Assembly: GCA_963804955.1 (NCBI GenBank)
Contig: CAWDSQ010000008.1
Location: 32,001 to 96,000 of the forward strand
Source of the DNA: an uncultured delta proteobacterium
GTDB taxonomy: Bacteria; Desulfobacterota; WTBG01; CAIYCZ01; CAIRTM01
DNA length: 64,000 bases
Direction of reading: 5' to 3'
The notes under the pieces were generated by a model that saw only the letters and a program-made list of their open reading frames with translations, did no database searches and was not told the DNA's origin. Below are positions 19,434 to 28,452 of this stretch, in pieces (the stretch's first letter is position 1; every line of letters starts with the position of its first letter). The translations under genes and the position numbers were made by a program.

Positions 19434-20819
19434 TGGTAAGGTCTGTGAAGCGTCAGTTGACATGCCTCTCGGCATGCGGCTGCCTGTTTGCACTGCTGGC
19501 GGCCCTTGTTGTAGCTCAAGGCTCTATCCGGGAGGCATGGGCGGTCACGGAGAGCAAGCCTGCCGCCTCCGCTCTGCCGGCCGTTGTGACCGCTGATATT
19601 CAGGCCGGCATCGAGCGCCACATCGAGCAGCAAGCGCGCCTGGGTGAGGGCTACTTTCGCCTGCAGTTCAAGGATCGTGAGCTGCGGCTGAAACTGGTGC
19701 GGGTACACACCGAGTATCTTGCAAACCTGGGTCCCCGGCGGCATTTCGCCTGCGTTGACCTGGCGGATGTGAGCGGCGACGTGTACGACGTTGATTTTTT
19801 CCTTTCGGGCGATCCCGGCTCCATGACCGTTACCGAGACGACCGTCCACAAGATAAACGGTCAGCCTTACTACGCGTGGGAGCAGAAAAAGGACGGGACC
19901 TGGCACCGGATACCCATCGAGCGCGCATCGGAAGGGCATTTCGGCGTTATCCGTGAGCGAGACAACTTTGAGTTCAAGTATTGGGCGAGGCTGCCGGAGC
20001 TGACAGCCCCGGCGCGCATGTGGCTTCCACTGCCTGAAACGGACCGGTTCCAGACGATTGAAATTGTCTCTATGCTGGTTCCCGGCAGGCAGCGCATTGT
20101 TCATGACCGCAAGCACGGCAACCGCGTGCTGATTTTGGACCTGGCTCCTGACGACAGCGGACGGGACAATCGATATCCGTTTTGCAGTGCGGCGCAGCGA
20201 GAAATCCGCCTATGCAGCGCCGAAACCCGAGGAAATGCACCTGGCGCCTGACAGGCTCGTGCCTATCACCGACGAGTTTCAGGCAACGGCGCGCACGGTC
20301 GTCGCCGGCAAAAAGGAAGACCTCGTGCGGGCCCGTGCGCTCTACGATCATGTGATAGACCGCATGCGCTACATGAAATATGGCGATGGCTGGGGCAAGG
20401 GGGACGCCGTCTACGCCTGCAGCATTCGAACCGGCAATTGCACGGATTTTCATGCCTATTTCATCGCGCTGGCCCGGTCGATCGGCCTGCCGGCGCGTTT
20501 CGCGATAGGAGCAGGCATCCCCTCCGAGAGAAACGACGGCGGAATAGACGGCTATCACTGCTGGGTAGAGTTTTATGCCGATGGCAAGTGGTGGCCTGTG
20601 GACATCAGCGAAGCAGATAAGTATACAGCCCTTTCAACATATTATTTCGGCCATCATCCGGCCAACCGTTTCGAATTTAGCCGGGGCCGTGATTTGGAAG
20701 TTGACCCGCTTCCGGCATCGGGACCGATCAATTTTCTTGCTTACCCTCTGCTGGAAGTTGCAGGACAACCGGTCAGGGCCGACGTCGCGTTTTCGTTCAA
20801 GAGAACGGTTCAGCATTAA
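19430..20819 (+). CDS. Exported transglutaminase-like protein (ORFs 19430-20251 and 20187-20819, apparent frameshift)
   Basis: Catalytic triad motifs GNCTDF, YHCWVEFY and WWPVD; N-terminal signal peptide. Confidence 0.8.
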
Positions 20820-20842
20820 TGGGGGCTTAATTTAATCGAACA

Positions 20843-20923
20843 GCAATCTCCCCGTGCCCGGATGTGTCCGGGTTGGAGACCCAAAATTAAAAGCCCGACT
20901 CCTTGCGGAATCGGGCCTTTTTT
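20843..20923 (+). repeat. Cassette junction copy 5
   Basis: GCAATCTCCCCGTGCCCGGATGT, then 14/18 match to the tRNA 3' end, then the terminator. Confidence 0.88.
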
Positions 20924-21165
20924 CTTTTAAAGCCACGGACAAAACAGGGGGAACATTGTTGCATGTGTCGAATTACCAGCATTGCAGCCAATGCCTTGAA
21001 AATTGCCGGGGCATAACCGGGGCAGCCCTGGTGCTGCAAAAGCGCGCACAAAGTTGGGCGGTAAACGAGGTGGATACAGGTAATCAAACAGACCCTGTCA
21101 AAAATTTTACTGCAGCCTTAAAAAATTCCTCACGAGATGCTGCATAAAATCAAACAGGGCACAGG

Positions 21166-21826
21166 TCAATCCATGACACAACGCACACTAATGCCGTAGT
21201 CCTTGGTTACGCCTGTATAGTCCCTTAAAATTCCGCTCTGGGTCATATCCAGCATCATGGTCCAGGCGTGGGTGTCGTCGTACTCAGTAGAGGTCCAGAT
21301 CATGATGTGGTACCCCAGCATTTTAAAAGTGCCCGCAGGATTACGGTTACCGCTTGGCAGAGCGGAAAACCCGCTTGAGTTTGTGGCTCCCGTATTAGGG
21401 CTGTGCCACAGGCCGGTTCCGGCTTCAATTGTTCCGGTTGCTTTCAGCCTCCCACCGGCAATTTTGCTTATTTCAAATCCATCGTTTGGCTCCGAGCGAG
21501 GGTCCAAATATTTTACAAGGGTTGACCACTCCTCGTCACTTCCCAGGTGCCAGCCGGCAGGGCAGGCAGTCAATGCTGTTTCCCAGTCATAAAGCCTGCC
21601 ATAGGTTTCGCAATTTTCAGGATCATCATCATAACACCAGCTGTTCCCGGTCTCGTAGTTAAGGTCCTGCGCAAGCCAGGTCTGATCTCCGAGCTTCACC
21701 GTTTTGTATGTCTGCCCATCACGTGCATCCGTCATTTCACCCAAAACGGGTTTTATTGCAACCACCGGTACATAAAAACAGAATTGCCATCATGATTAGT
21801 AAAAATGGTTTAATTGTTTTTTTCAT
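21166..21826 (-). CDS. FISUMP (Fibrobacter succinogenes major paralogous) domain lipoprotein; N-terminal frameshift
   Basis: TDARDGQTYKTV.LG.QTWLA.DLNY, YGRLYDW, ACPAGWHL, SVRC; signal peptide from ATG 21826 is in another frame. Confidence 0.8.
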
Positions 21827-21897
21827 TTTACTCCTCCCTGTTACGGCATTTTACTGAAGCCCGGCTAAATACCACACAACGTCAATCAGGGTGTATT

Positions 21898-22593
21898 TTA
21901 GTCCTTAAGGCAACGCACGGAAAGGCTTGTGGCCCTTTCCATGCTCCACTGACCTTCCTCCGCCCGGTAAATGGACTTGAGGCCGTAATCAAGGACACGG
22001 AACCAAACTTTGCTGTTGGCGTTTTCAGTAGAGGTCCAGTAGATGGCATGCCTGCCCATAACATCGCAAGAGCCATCGTCGTAACAGACACCGGCAGGCA
22101 CAGCGGAAAATTTGCTTGAGTTTGTGGCTCCTACATTAGGGTAGTTCCATAACCCGGTTTCGTCTCGTAAGTTGCCGGTTGCTTTCAGCATACCACCAGC
22201 CCATATGCTTTCTTCCACAACGCTGGAACCCGCTTGAGGGTCCGCCTTGGGATCCAGATATTTTATAAGGGTTGACCACTCCTCGTCACTTCCCAGATGC
22301 CAGCCGGCAGGGCAGGCTGTTTTCGATGCTTCCCAGTCGTATAGCCTGCCATAAATTTCGCAATTTGCAGTGTCGTCATCATAGCACTTACTTTCATCGC
22401 TCGCGTAGTTAAGGTCCCGCGCAAGCCAGGTCTGCTCTCCAAGGGTTACTGTTTGATAGGTCTGTGCATCGCGAGCATCTGTCATTTCTCCCAAAACAGG
22501 TGTAGGATCAGGAGGTGGGGTTTTTTTGCAACCACCTGCAAATAAAAATAACAAGGCCATCATTATTAGTGAAAATGTTTTAATTCCCTTCAT
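21898..22593 (-). CDS. FISUMP domain lipoprotein, paralog of 21166-21826
   Basis: Lipobox LFAGGC and the same motif set, ending SVRCLKD. Confidence 0.85.
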   Translation of the reverse strand: MKGIKTFSLIMMALLFLFAGGCKKTPPPDPTPVLGEMTDARDAQTYQTVTLGEQTWLARDLNYASDESKCYDDDTANCEIYGRLYDWEASKTACPAGWHLGSDEEWSTLIKYLDPKADPQAGSSVVEESIWAGGMLKATGNLRDETGLWNYPNVGATNSSKFSAVPAGVCYDDGSCDVMGRHAIYWTSTENANSKVWFRVLDYGLKSIYRAEEGQWSMERATSLSVRCLKD

Positions 22594-22934
22594 ATGCTTT
22601 CTCCTTGTTAAGGGTTTTATTTGCCTTGGCAGGCGTCTTTGCACTAGATTTAAAATATCAAAAATATAAATTTACGTCAATATGTTTTATGGACTCATAG
22701 AGGCTCTTTGATCTTAAATCGTAAATCTAACCTTAAATCGTAAATCGTGTCTTCGACCGTAAAACTGACCACTCAAATGACCTGACTTACAGGATTTCGG
22801 CCAGAAGCCTGGCGTTCAAACTATAGGAAAAATTTAATTTTTAAGATGTCGTGTTCAGCAAAGGGCCCAAATCAAAAGGCTTCTGAAGATTCGGAGGGCC
22901 GGTGAGAACGGGGCAATAAACAATGGCGTGGTCC

Positions 22935-23014
22935 GTAATTTCCCGTGCCCGGATGTGTCCGCGCCGGGGAGCCATATATATACTGCCGCAGCTGTAAACG
23001 AAAGCGGCAGTTTT
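22935..23014 (+). repeat. Terminal junction copy 6 (attR-like) followed by a different terminator
   Basis: GTAATTTCCCGTGCCCGGATGT, then GTCCGCGCCGGGGAGCCA (17/18), then ACTGCCGC..GCGGCAGTTTT. Confidence 0.88.
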
Positions 23015-23352
23015 GTTGTGGCGCTTGATTCTGCCGGGCTATGTCTATGTTTTGAAATACAAGCCTATCAGGCCGATTCTTTGTCGCCAGACAACCGCGT
23101 ATCGTTCAGCCTGCAGGCACACAATGATAAAGAGCGGGAGAGGACAAGGCATATCCGCAAGCAGCAGGGCTCATGGCTGCTTATATATCAGGAGCAGTGC
23201 ATCAGCCGGCCAGAGGCAATGCAGCGGGAGGAGTTTTAAAACGGGTTGTGTCGTGAAAAAATAAAAGAGATTATGGTGGATGCTCAGTCGGTAGGGGCTG
23301 CCGCGACGAATATGATGCGCCGAAAGCTTTCCATGCCTCTGCCGGTGAGCCA

Positions 23353-23499
23353 TGGCGCAGAGTGTGCCGTTATGGTTTGTGCCATATCAGGTGCAAAGCA
23401 TTTTGTCTGTCCTCCCAGCGTTGCACCTGGCGTAAAACAGCTTGCATATACGGCTTGTTTTGTTTTTGCGTATTTCTATACATTGGCACGCAACTTGAA
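23353..23499 (+). promoter_or_regulatory. Sigma-54-type promoter with tandem enhancer
   Basis: TGGCACGCAACTTGAA at 23484-23499; TGGCGCA-gag-TGTGCCG and cgttatg-gtt-TGTGCCA at 23353-23384. Confidence 0.65.
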
Positions 23500-23533
23500 G
23501 TTAATAAAGATATATCCAACACAAGAGGCGAGC

Positions 23534-24124
23534 ATGAATATACTCATTGCAGACGACGATGCTGATTCAAGGACTTTACTTGAAGTTCTTCTCCAAAAAA
23601 TGGGGTACGGTGTTATAACCGCACAAGACGGCACTGAAGCATTAGAAAAGATGCAATTACCCGGCTCTCCCACCCTTGTTATTCTGGACTGGATGATGCC
23701 GGGTATGGAGGGCATTGAGGTCTGCCGCCGTTACCGTGAGCACTGTAGAGATGAAACAAAATATATCATCTTGCTGACAGCAAAGGATTCCATAGACAGC
23801 ATTGTGGATGGGTTGGCTGCGGGAGCAAACGATTATATCTCGAAGCCGTTCAATAAACGCGAGCTTTTTGCCCGATTGAATGTCGGCAGGCGCTTTATCG
23901 AACTTCAGCAAAAACTGGCTGATCACATAGCAGAACTCAAGGATTCACTTGAACACGTTAAAAAACTTCAGGGGATATTGCCGATCTGCATGTACTGCCA
24001 TAATATCCGCAACGATCAGGAAAGCTGGGAGCGTATCGACAACTATATCGCGGATCACTCAGATGCCGAGTTCAGCCACGGCATCTGTCCCGAGTGCTTT
24101 GCAAAGCATCATTCGAGTGCTTAG
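23534..24124 (+). CDS. Response regulator with C-terminal four-Cys domain (PICxxC...HGICPxC)
   Basis: ADDD/LDWMMP/KPF receiver; LPICMYCHNIRND..SW...FSHGICPEC. Confidence 0.85.
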   Translation: MNILIADDDADSRTLLEVLLQKMGYGVITAQDGTEALEKMQLPGSPTLVILDWMMPGMEGIEVCRRYREHCRDETKYIILLTAKDSIDSIVDGLAAGANDYISKPFNKRELFARLNVGRRFIELQQKLADHIAELKDSLEHVKKLQGILPICMYCHNIRNDQESWERIDNYIADHSDAEFSHGICPECFAKHHSSA

Positions 24125-24362
24125 TAGTGCCGCCTGCCTCAACATCTGAAAGCAGAGACCCTGCCCCTTCGCCCTGAGCCGGGGTCAAAGGGTTGAACGG
24201 TTCAATGCCCGACCGGAGGCTTTTGCAGTATTGCAATGGAATAAACAGGCCTCGGCATAGAAGGTTGGGTTGATTCGCGAGGCGGAAAAACTCAGCGGGT
24301 TCTTCCTGAATGCCGGCTTTTATGCCGCACCTGTTTTGGATAGAGAGGATTTTTTTTATACA

Positions 24363-26079
24363 TCATGATTCAGGGCAGGGAAGCTTTATCGTAAAGGTGG
24401 TTCCCGCGCCCACTTCACTTGTGACCGTGAGCCTGCCATGATGCTTTTTGGTGACTATATCATAGGCAATGCTGAGCCCCAGGCCGCTGCCGACCCCCAC
24501 TTCCTTTGTGGTAAAAAAAGGCTCAAATATTCTTGCGATGTTATTTTCGGATATCCCGCAGCCCGTATCAGCTATTGAAATGCAAACCGAACCGTCACGC
24601 GCCCGGGTTTTTATTGTTATGACGCCTTCTTTTTCTATGGAATGGGCAGCGTTGACAAGCAGGTTCATGAAAACCTGGCCTATCTGATGAGAATGTCCTT
24701 TTATAGGCGGTATGTCGCCATAGTCCTTATTGATCGTGGTTTTGTATTTAAGCTCATTCCAGACTATATTAAGCGTTTTTTCCATGCACTCATGCACATC
24801 AAAAAGCTCCGGTTCATCGTTGCCCTGATGGGTAAAAAGCTTCAAATCATGCACTATTTTCTTAACGCGTTCAGCGCCGCTTGCCGACTCGGCAATCAGG
24901 TCTGAGGCGTCATTGAGCAGATAATCAATTTTCTGCTCCCTTTTTATTTCGTTCATTTTCATTATAGACGCCGCAGACCCCTCCGCCTCAAGCACCTGAG
25001 GAATCCCGGCTATGTAGTGCGCTAGCCGCTTTATGTATTTATCCATGGTGGAAAGATTACTCGCTATGAAGGCCATCGGGTTATTTATCTCATGGGCTAT
25101 GCCTGCCGCCAGGATGCCCAGGGCCGCCATTTTTTCTGTCTGCATAAGATGCGCCTGCAAATGTGTCTTTTCTTCCTCCTGAAGAATTTTATCGGTAATA
25201 TCGCGCATGGAGAGAAAAACATGCTCCCTGCCGTTAAATTTTATTATTCTTCCCCGGCATGAAACAGGCACGGGCGTGCCGTCTTTTTTGAAATGTTCCA
25301 CACGCAGCAGGATAAATGCCGGGCCTTCCCCGGTCTTCGTGAATCCCTCGCACAAACTTTTATAATTGTCTTCATTCATAAGCAGCAGCAGATCCTTGCC
25401 CACCACCTCGTTTTTTTCATATCCGTACAAGTTTTGAGCCGCCATATTAATGTCAGAAATAATTCTGGATGCTGTATCAAATATGATAATAGCATCGGAT
25501 TCCTTCTCAAACAAAAGGCGAAACCGCTCCTCGCTTTCCTGCAGTTTTTTCTGAAGCTCATACCGGTAGAGCGCCATCTTCATCGTGGAGATAAGCTCCT
25601 TGGGGACAAAGGGCTTTATAATGTAGCCATACGGCTCCGATATTTTCGATTCTTCCATGGTCCATTCATCTGAACATGCGGTTATGAAAACGACGGGAAT
25701 ATTCAGCTGCTTTTTTATCTCATGCGCCGCCTGAACACCATTCATGTCACCCTGCAGCATGTATATCCATCAATATCAGGTCAGGGCGGTGCTCTATCGC
25801 CTTTGCAATGGCCCCCTCACCCGTCAGAGCCATATCGACAACTTCATACGCATTGTTCACAAGGAGCGTTTTAATAAAAAGAGCGGTCAGCTGTTCGTCT
25901 TCAACAATTAAAACCCTGATCGCGCGTTTGGGCATGCCCTCACCGGACTCGATGCACTGCTGTTGAGCGCAGGCTGAACTATCCTGACCGTTATCGCAGC
26001 AGCCGGTCATGCTTCGGCCGCAGGCGCCAGCCGCTTCTCTGTTTACTTCCGGATTTACCATGGTTACCCCACCTGACAT
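24363..26079 (-). CDS. REC-PAS-histidine kinase (apparent frameshift near 25760; start uncertain)
   Basis: Receiver split as DLILMDI / MLQGDMNG; AHEINNP, QVFMNLLVNA, FEPFFTTK.VG.GSGLGL. Confidence 0.85.
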
Positions 26080-26624
26080 TTACACCAGTTTTTGATTTCT
26101 TCGATGTCACCTTTTGACATTTCATCAATTACCACAGCATCGGAAGTGTCCCGCTTAACGGAGCCGATGCCGGGGAACTCCTCCTCGATCCGCGCAAGCT
26201 CATTGCGCTGTATCAGAACGGTGCGCAGCAGCAGATTCCGTTCCTCCTCAATGTCGTATTTTTCAAGGCCAAGCTTTACTGAAAGCTTCAGTTCGTCAGG
26301 ATCCCACGGCTTGGTAAAAAAGCGGTAGATTTCACCATCATTGACGGCTTTCATGACGGTTTTTACATCAGCCCTGCCCGTAAACAGCGTGCGTATAATC
26401 TGGGGGTGTTCTGCGCGCACCCAGGCCAGCAGTTCATGGCCCGACATTCCGGGCATCATCGCATCGGAAATGACAAGATGCACCTGCTCTTTTTCAATGA
26501 CCTCGCGCGCCTTAAAAGCCGAGTCTGCGGTGAGGACGGTATAGTCTTCATCCTCAAACAGACGAACCATCGACCGCAGCACATTGGGGTCATCATCGAC
26601 GACAAGAATGCAATTTCTTTTCAT
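26064..26624 (-). CDS. Response regulator (REC plus coiled coil)
   Basis: ILVVDDD, ISDAMMPGMSG, IYRFFTKPW. Confidence 0.85.
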   Translation of the reverse strand: MKRNCILVVDDDPNVLRSMVRLFEDEDYTVLTADSAFKAREVIEKEQVHLVISDAMMPGMSGHELLAWVRAEHPQIIRTLFTGRADVKTVMKAVNDGEIYRFFTKPWDPDELKLSVKLGLEKYDIEEERNLLLRTVLIQRNELARIEEEFPGIGSVKRDTSDAVVIDEMSKGDIEEIKNWCKCQVG

Positions 26625-26635
26625 GGCTTGCTCCA

Positions 26636-27955
26636 TTATTCTTTGGATTTCCACACAAAAACGTTTTGAGCAGGGGGATCGATTTCACGAATACGGTTCA
26701 GCGTCTCAATGTTTTCTTCGGTCAGTTCGGTCCCCGCAGACATAAAGAGCAGGCCTGTCCCGGTTCGCATGAAGCGCGAGAGGCGCATGCCGGGGTGCAG
26801 CTCCTCCGGCGGGCACTGATTTTCCGGAACGTCCAGGAAACAGGAAAAACTCTTTTCAATGCCCTCAATAACCGGCTTGACACCCAGGATAATCGATCTA
26901 TCGTACTTTTTGCCGGCATCCTGCTCGACCACAGAAAGGGCTGCGGTAAAGTCATACCGGCCGCCGTTCGGCCCCGGATTCGCGAAACGATCTATAGCGT
27001 CGGCCACGGCAATAATGCGCGCGCCCAGGGGAATATCGGTTCCGCCAATGCCATCAGGATAGCCTGCCCCGTTCATCCATTCATGGTGGTGGCGGATGAG
27101 CCGTCCGGCCTCGCGCAGGCATTCTATGGGTTCTACAGCAGCCTGCCCTCTGACCGGGTGCTGCTCATACTCTTTGCGCTCAGAAAACGTCAGGCCACGG
27201 GAATCTTTTTTCAGCACAGCTTCGGAGATACCGATTTTTCCTATATCATGCAGCAGCGCGCCGGCCCGCACAGTGGCTGTTTCATGTTCGGAAATATCCA
27301 GGGCTTCAGCTATGCGTACAGAAAGCTCGGCAACCATCCTGGCATGGTTGCTTTTCTGAGTGTCGCAGAGCTCAATGAGGCCGGAAAAAGCTTCAAGAGA
27401 GTTTTGGAAGTTTTTCTCAAGCTTTTCATTAAGAACCTGCAAATTCTGATTGCTTCGCTGTATGTCGAGCGTCTGCTCCTGAACCCGCTGCTCCAGCTGC
27501 GTATTCCATACACTCAACTCATGGGTGAGCCGCTTGTTTTCCTTAACAAGAGCATACCGCTCCACTGCCTCTGCAACCGTCCGTTTAAGTATGCTCTCGT
27601 CCCAGGGCTTGCTGAGATATTTATAAATTTCTCCCTGATTAATGGCGTCCACGGTATCCTTCAAGTCGGAATATGCTGTGAGCAGCATGCGGATAGTGTC
27701 CGGCTGCTTTTTTTTTGCCATGGATAAAAATTGTGTGCCGCTCATTCCCGGCATGCGCTGATCTGATATAATGACGGCTACTTCCCTTTCATCAAGCAGC
27801 TCAAGCCCCTGCAGGCCTGATGGAGCGATTTCAATGTCATACTCCAGTTCCGCCAGCTGCCGTTTGAGCGATCGAAGGATATTTTCTTCATCATCGACAA
27901 GCAAAATCGTATAATCTTCGTTTTGAATATTCATAGTCCGTTTCTCTTTCGACAT
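26636..27955 (-). CDS. REC-HD-GYP putative cyclic-dinucleotide phosphodiesterase
   Basis: LHDIGK, HHHEWMNGAGYPDG, ARIIAVAD. Confidence 0.88.
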   Translation of the reverse strand: MSKEKRTMNIQNEDYTILLVDDEENILRSLKRQLAELEYDIEIAPSGLQGLELLDEREVAVIISDQRMPGMSGTQFLSMAKKKQPDTIRMLLTAYSDLKDTVDAINQGEIYKYLSKPWDESILKRTVAEAVERYALVKENKRLTHELSVWNTQLEQRVQEQTLDIQRSNQNLQVLNEKLEKNFQNSLEAFSGLIELCDTQKSNHARMVAELSVRIAEALDISEHETATVRAGALLHDIGKIGISEAVLKKDSRGLTFSERKEYEQHPVRGQAAVEPIECLREAGRLIRHHHEWMNGAGYPDGIGGTDIPLGARIIAVADAIDRFANPGPNGGRYDFTAALSVVEQDAGKKYDRSIILGVKPVIEGIEKSFSCFLDVPENQCPPEELHPGMRLSRFMRTGTGLLFMSAGTELTEENIETLNRIREIDPPAQNVFVWKSKE

Positions 27956-28021
27956 GCCATTCGGTTGTGTTCGGAAATGCGCAGGGTTTGATTTCCTTCA
28001 TGAGCCGGATCAAAAAGCCGG

Positions 28022-28399
28022 CTAGTGGTTTTTATAATCGGCTTGCCTGCCTGTCCCGCCCCGGAAGTCTGATCCCGCTTCGCATTCAGGCAGATTGTTT
28101 TGAATGAATTTTATTAATCTGCCCTTATCCGTTTCGCCCAGAAGCCTTGATTCTTCTTCTCCATCCCTCAGCAGCATAAAGGTCGGTGTGCCGGCAATAG
28201 CAGGAGGATTGCCACCGGCTTTAAGAGACATCTCGCGCGTAACATAGATTTTTAATGAGTCGCTGAATAGTTCAGACACTTCAATGAGAGTTTTGAGCTG
28301 TTTTTTGTAGGTTCCATTGTAGTTCAGATACGCTACCAGGACAGCACCGGCCTTCTGGCTGAGCTGCTCGCAGTTGTCAACGCCAATTTCAATTATCAT
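28022..28399 (-). CDS. Thioredoxin-fold-like protein lacking CxxC
   Basis: C-terminal IAGTPTFMLLRDGEE..RLLG resembles the thioredoxin cis-Pro region. Confidence 0.5.
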   Translation of the reverse strand: MIIEIGVDNCEQLSQKAGAVLVAYLNYNGTYKKQLKTLIEVSELFSDSLKIYVTREMSLKAGGNPPAIAGTPTFMLLRDGEEESRLLGETDKGRLIKFIQNNLPECEAGSDFRGGTGRQADYKNH

Positions 28400-28452
28400 G
28401 TTTCAATCCTTTCATAGGTGCCATTAAGCATATAAAAAAAGCGCCGGGGCAC

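Larger units (their letters stand above)
5349..22974. mobile_element. tRNA-Asn-anchored tandem array of six integrase-less gene cassettes
   Basis: Six copies of a junction containing the tRNA 3' 18 nt delimit self-contained gene blocks; accessory cargo; no recombinase ORF seen. Confidence 0.7.

Noticed and set aside
6562..22974. CRISPR array or classical integron as the explanation for the junction repeats
   Set aside because: Spacing is 0.9-7.5 kb and contains whole genes; there are no cas genes, no intI and no RYYYAAC/GTTRRRY attC ends.
18791..23239. Small ORFs sharing PGCVR/PDVS peptides (18791, 20854, 22928)
   Set aside because: The similarity comes from translating the non-coding junction repeat.
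24165..24230. REP/MITE-like remnant between convergent genes (CCCTTCGCCCTGAGCC..AAAGGG)
   Set aside because: Single degenerate copy; boundaries cannot be defined.
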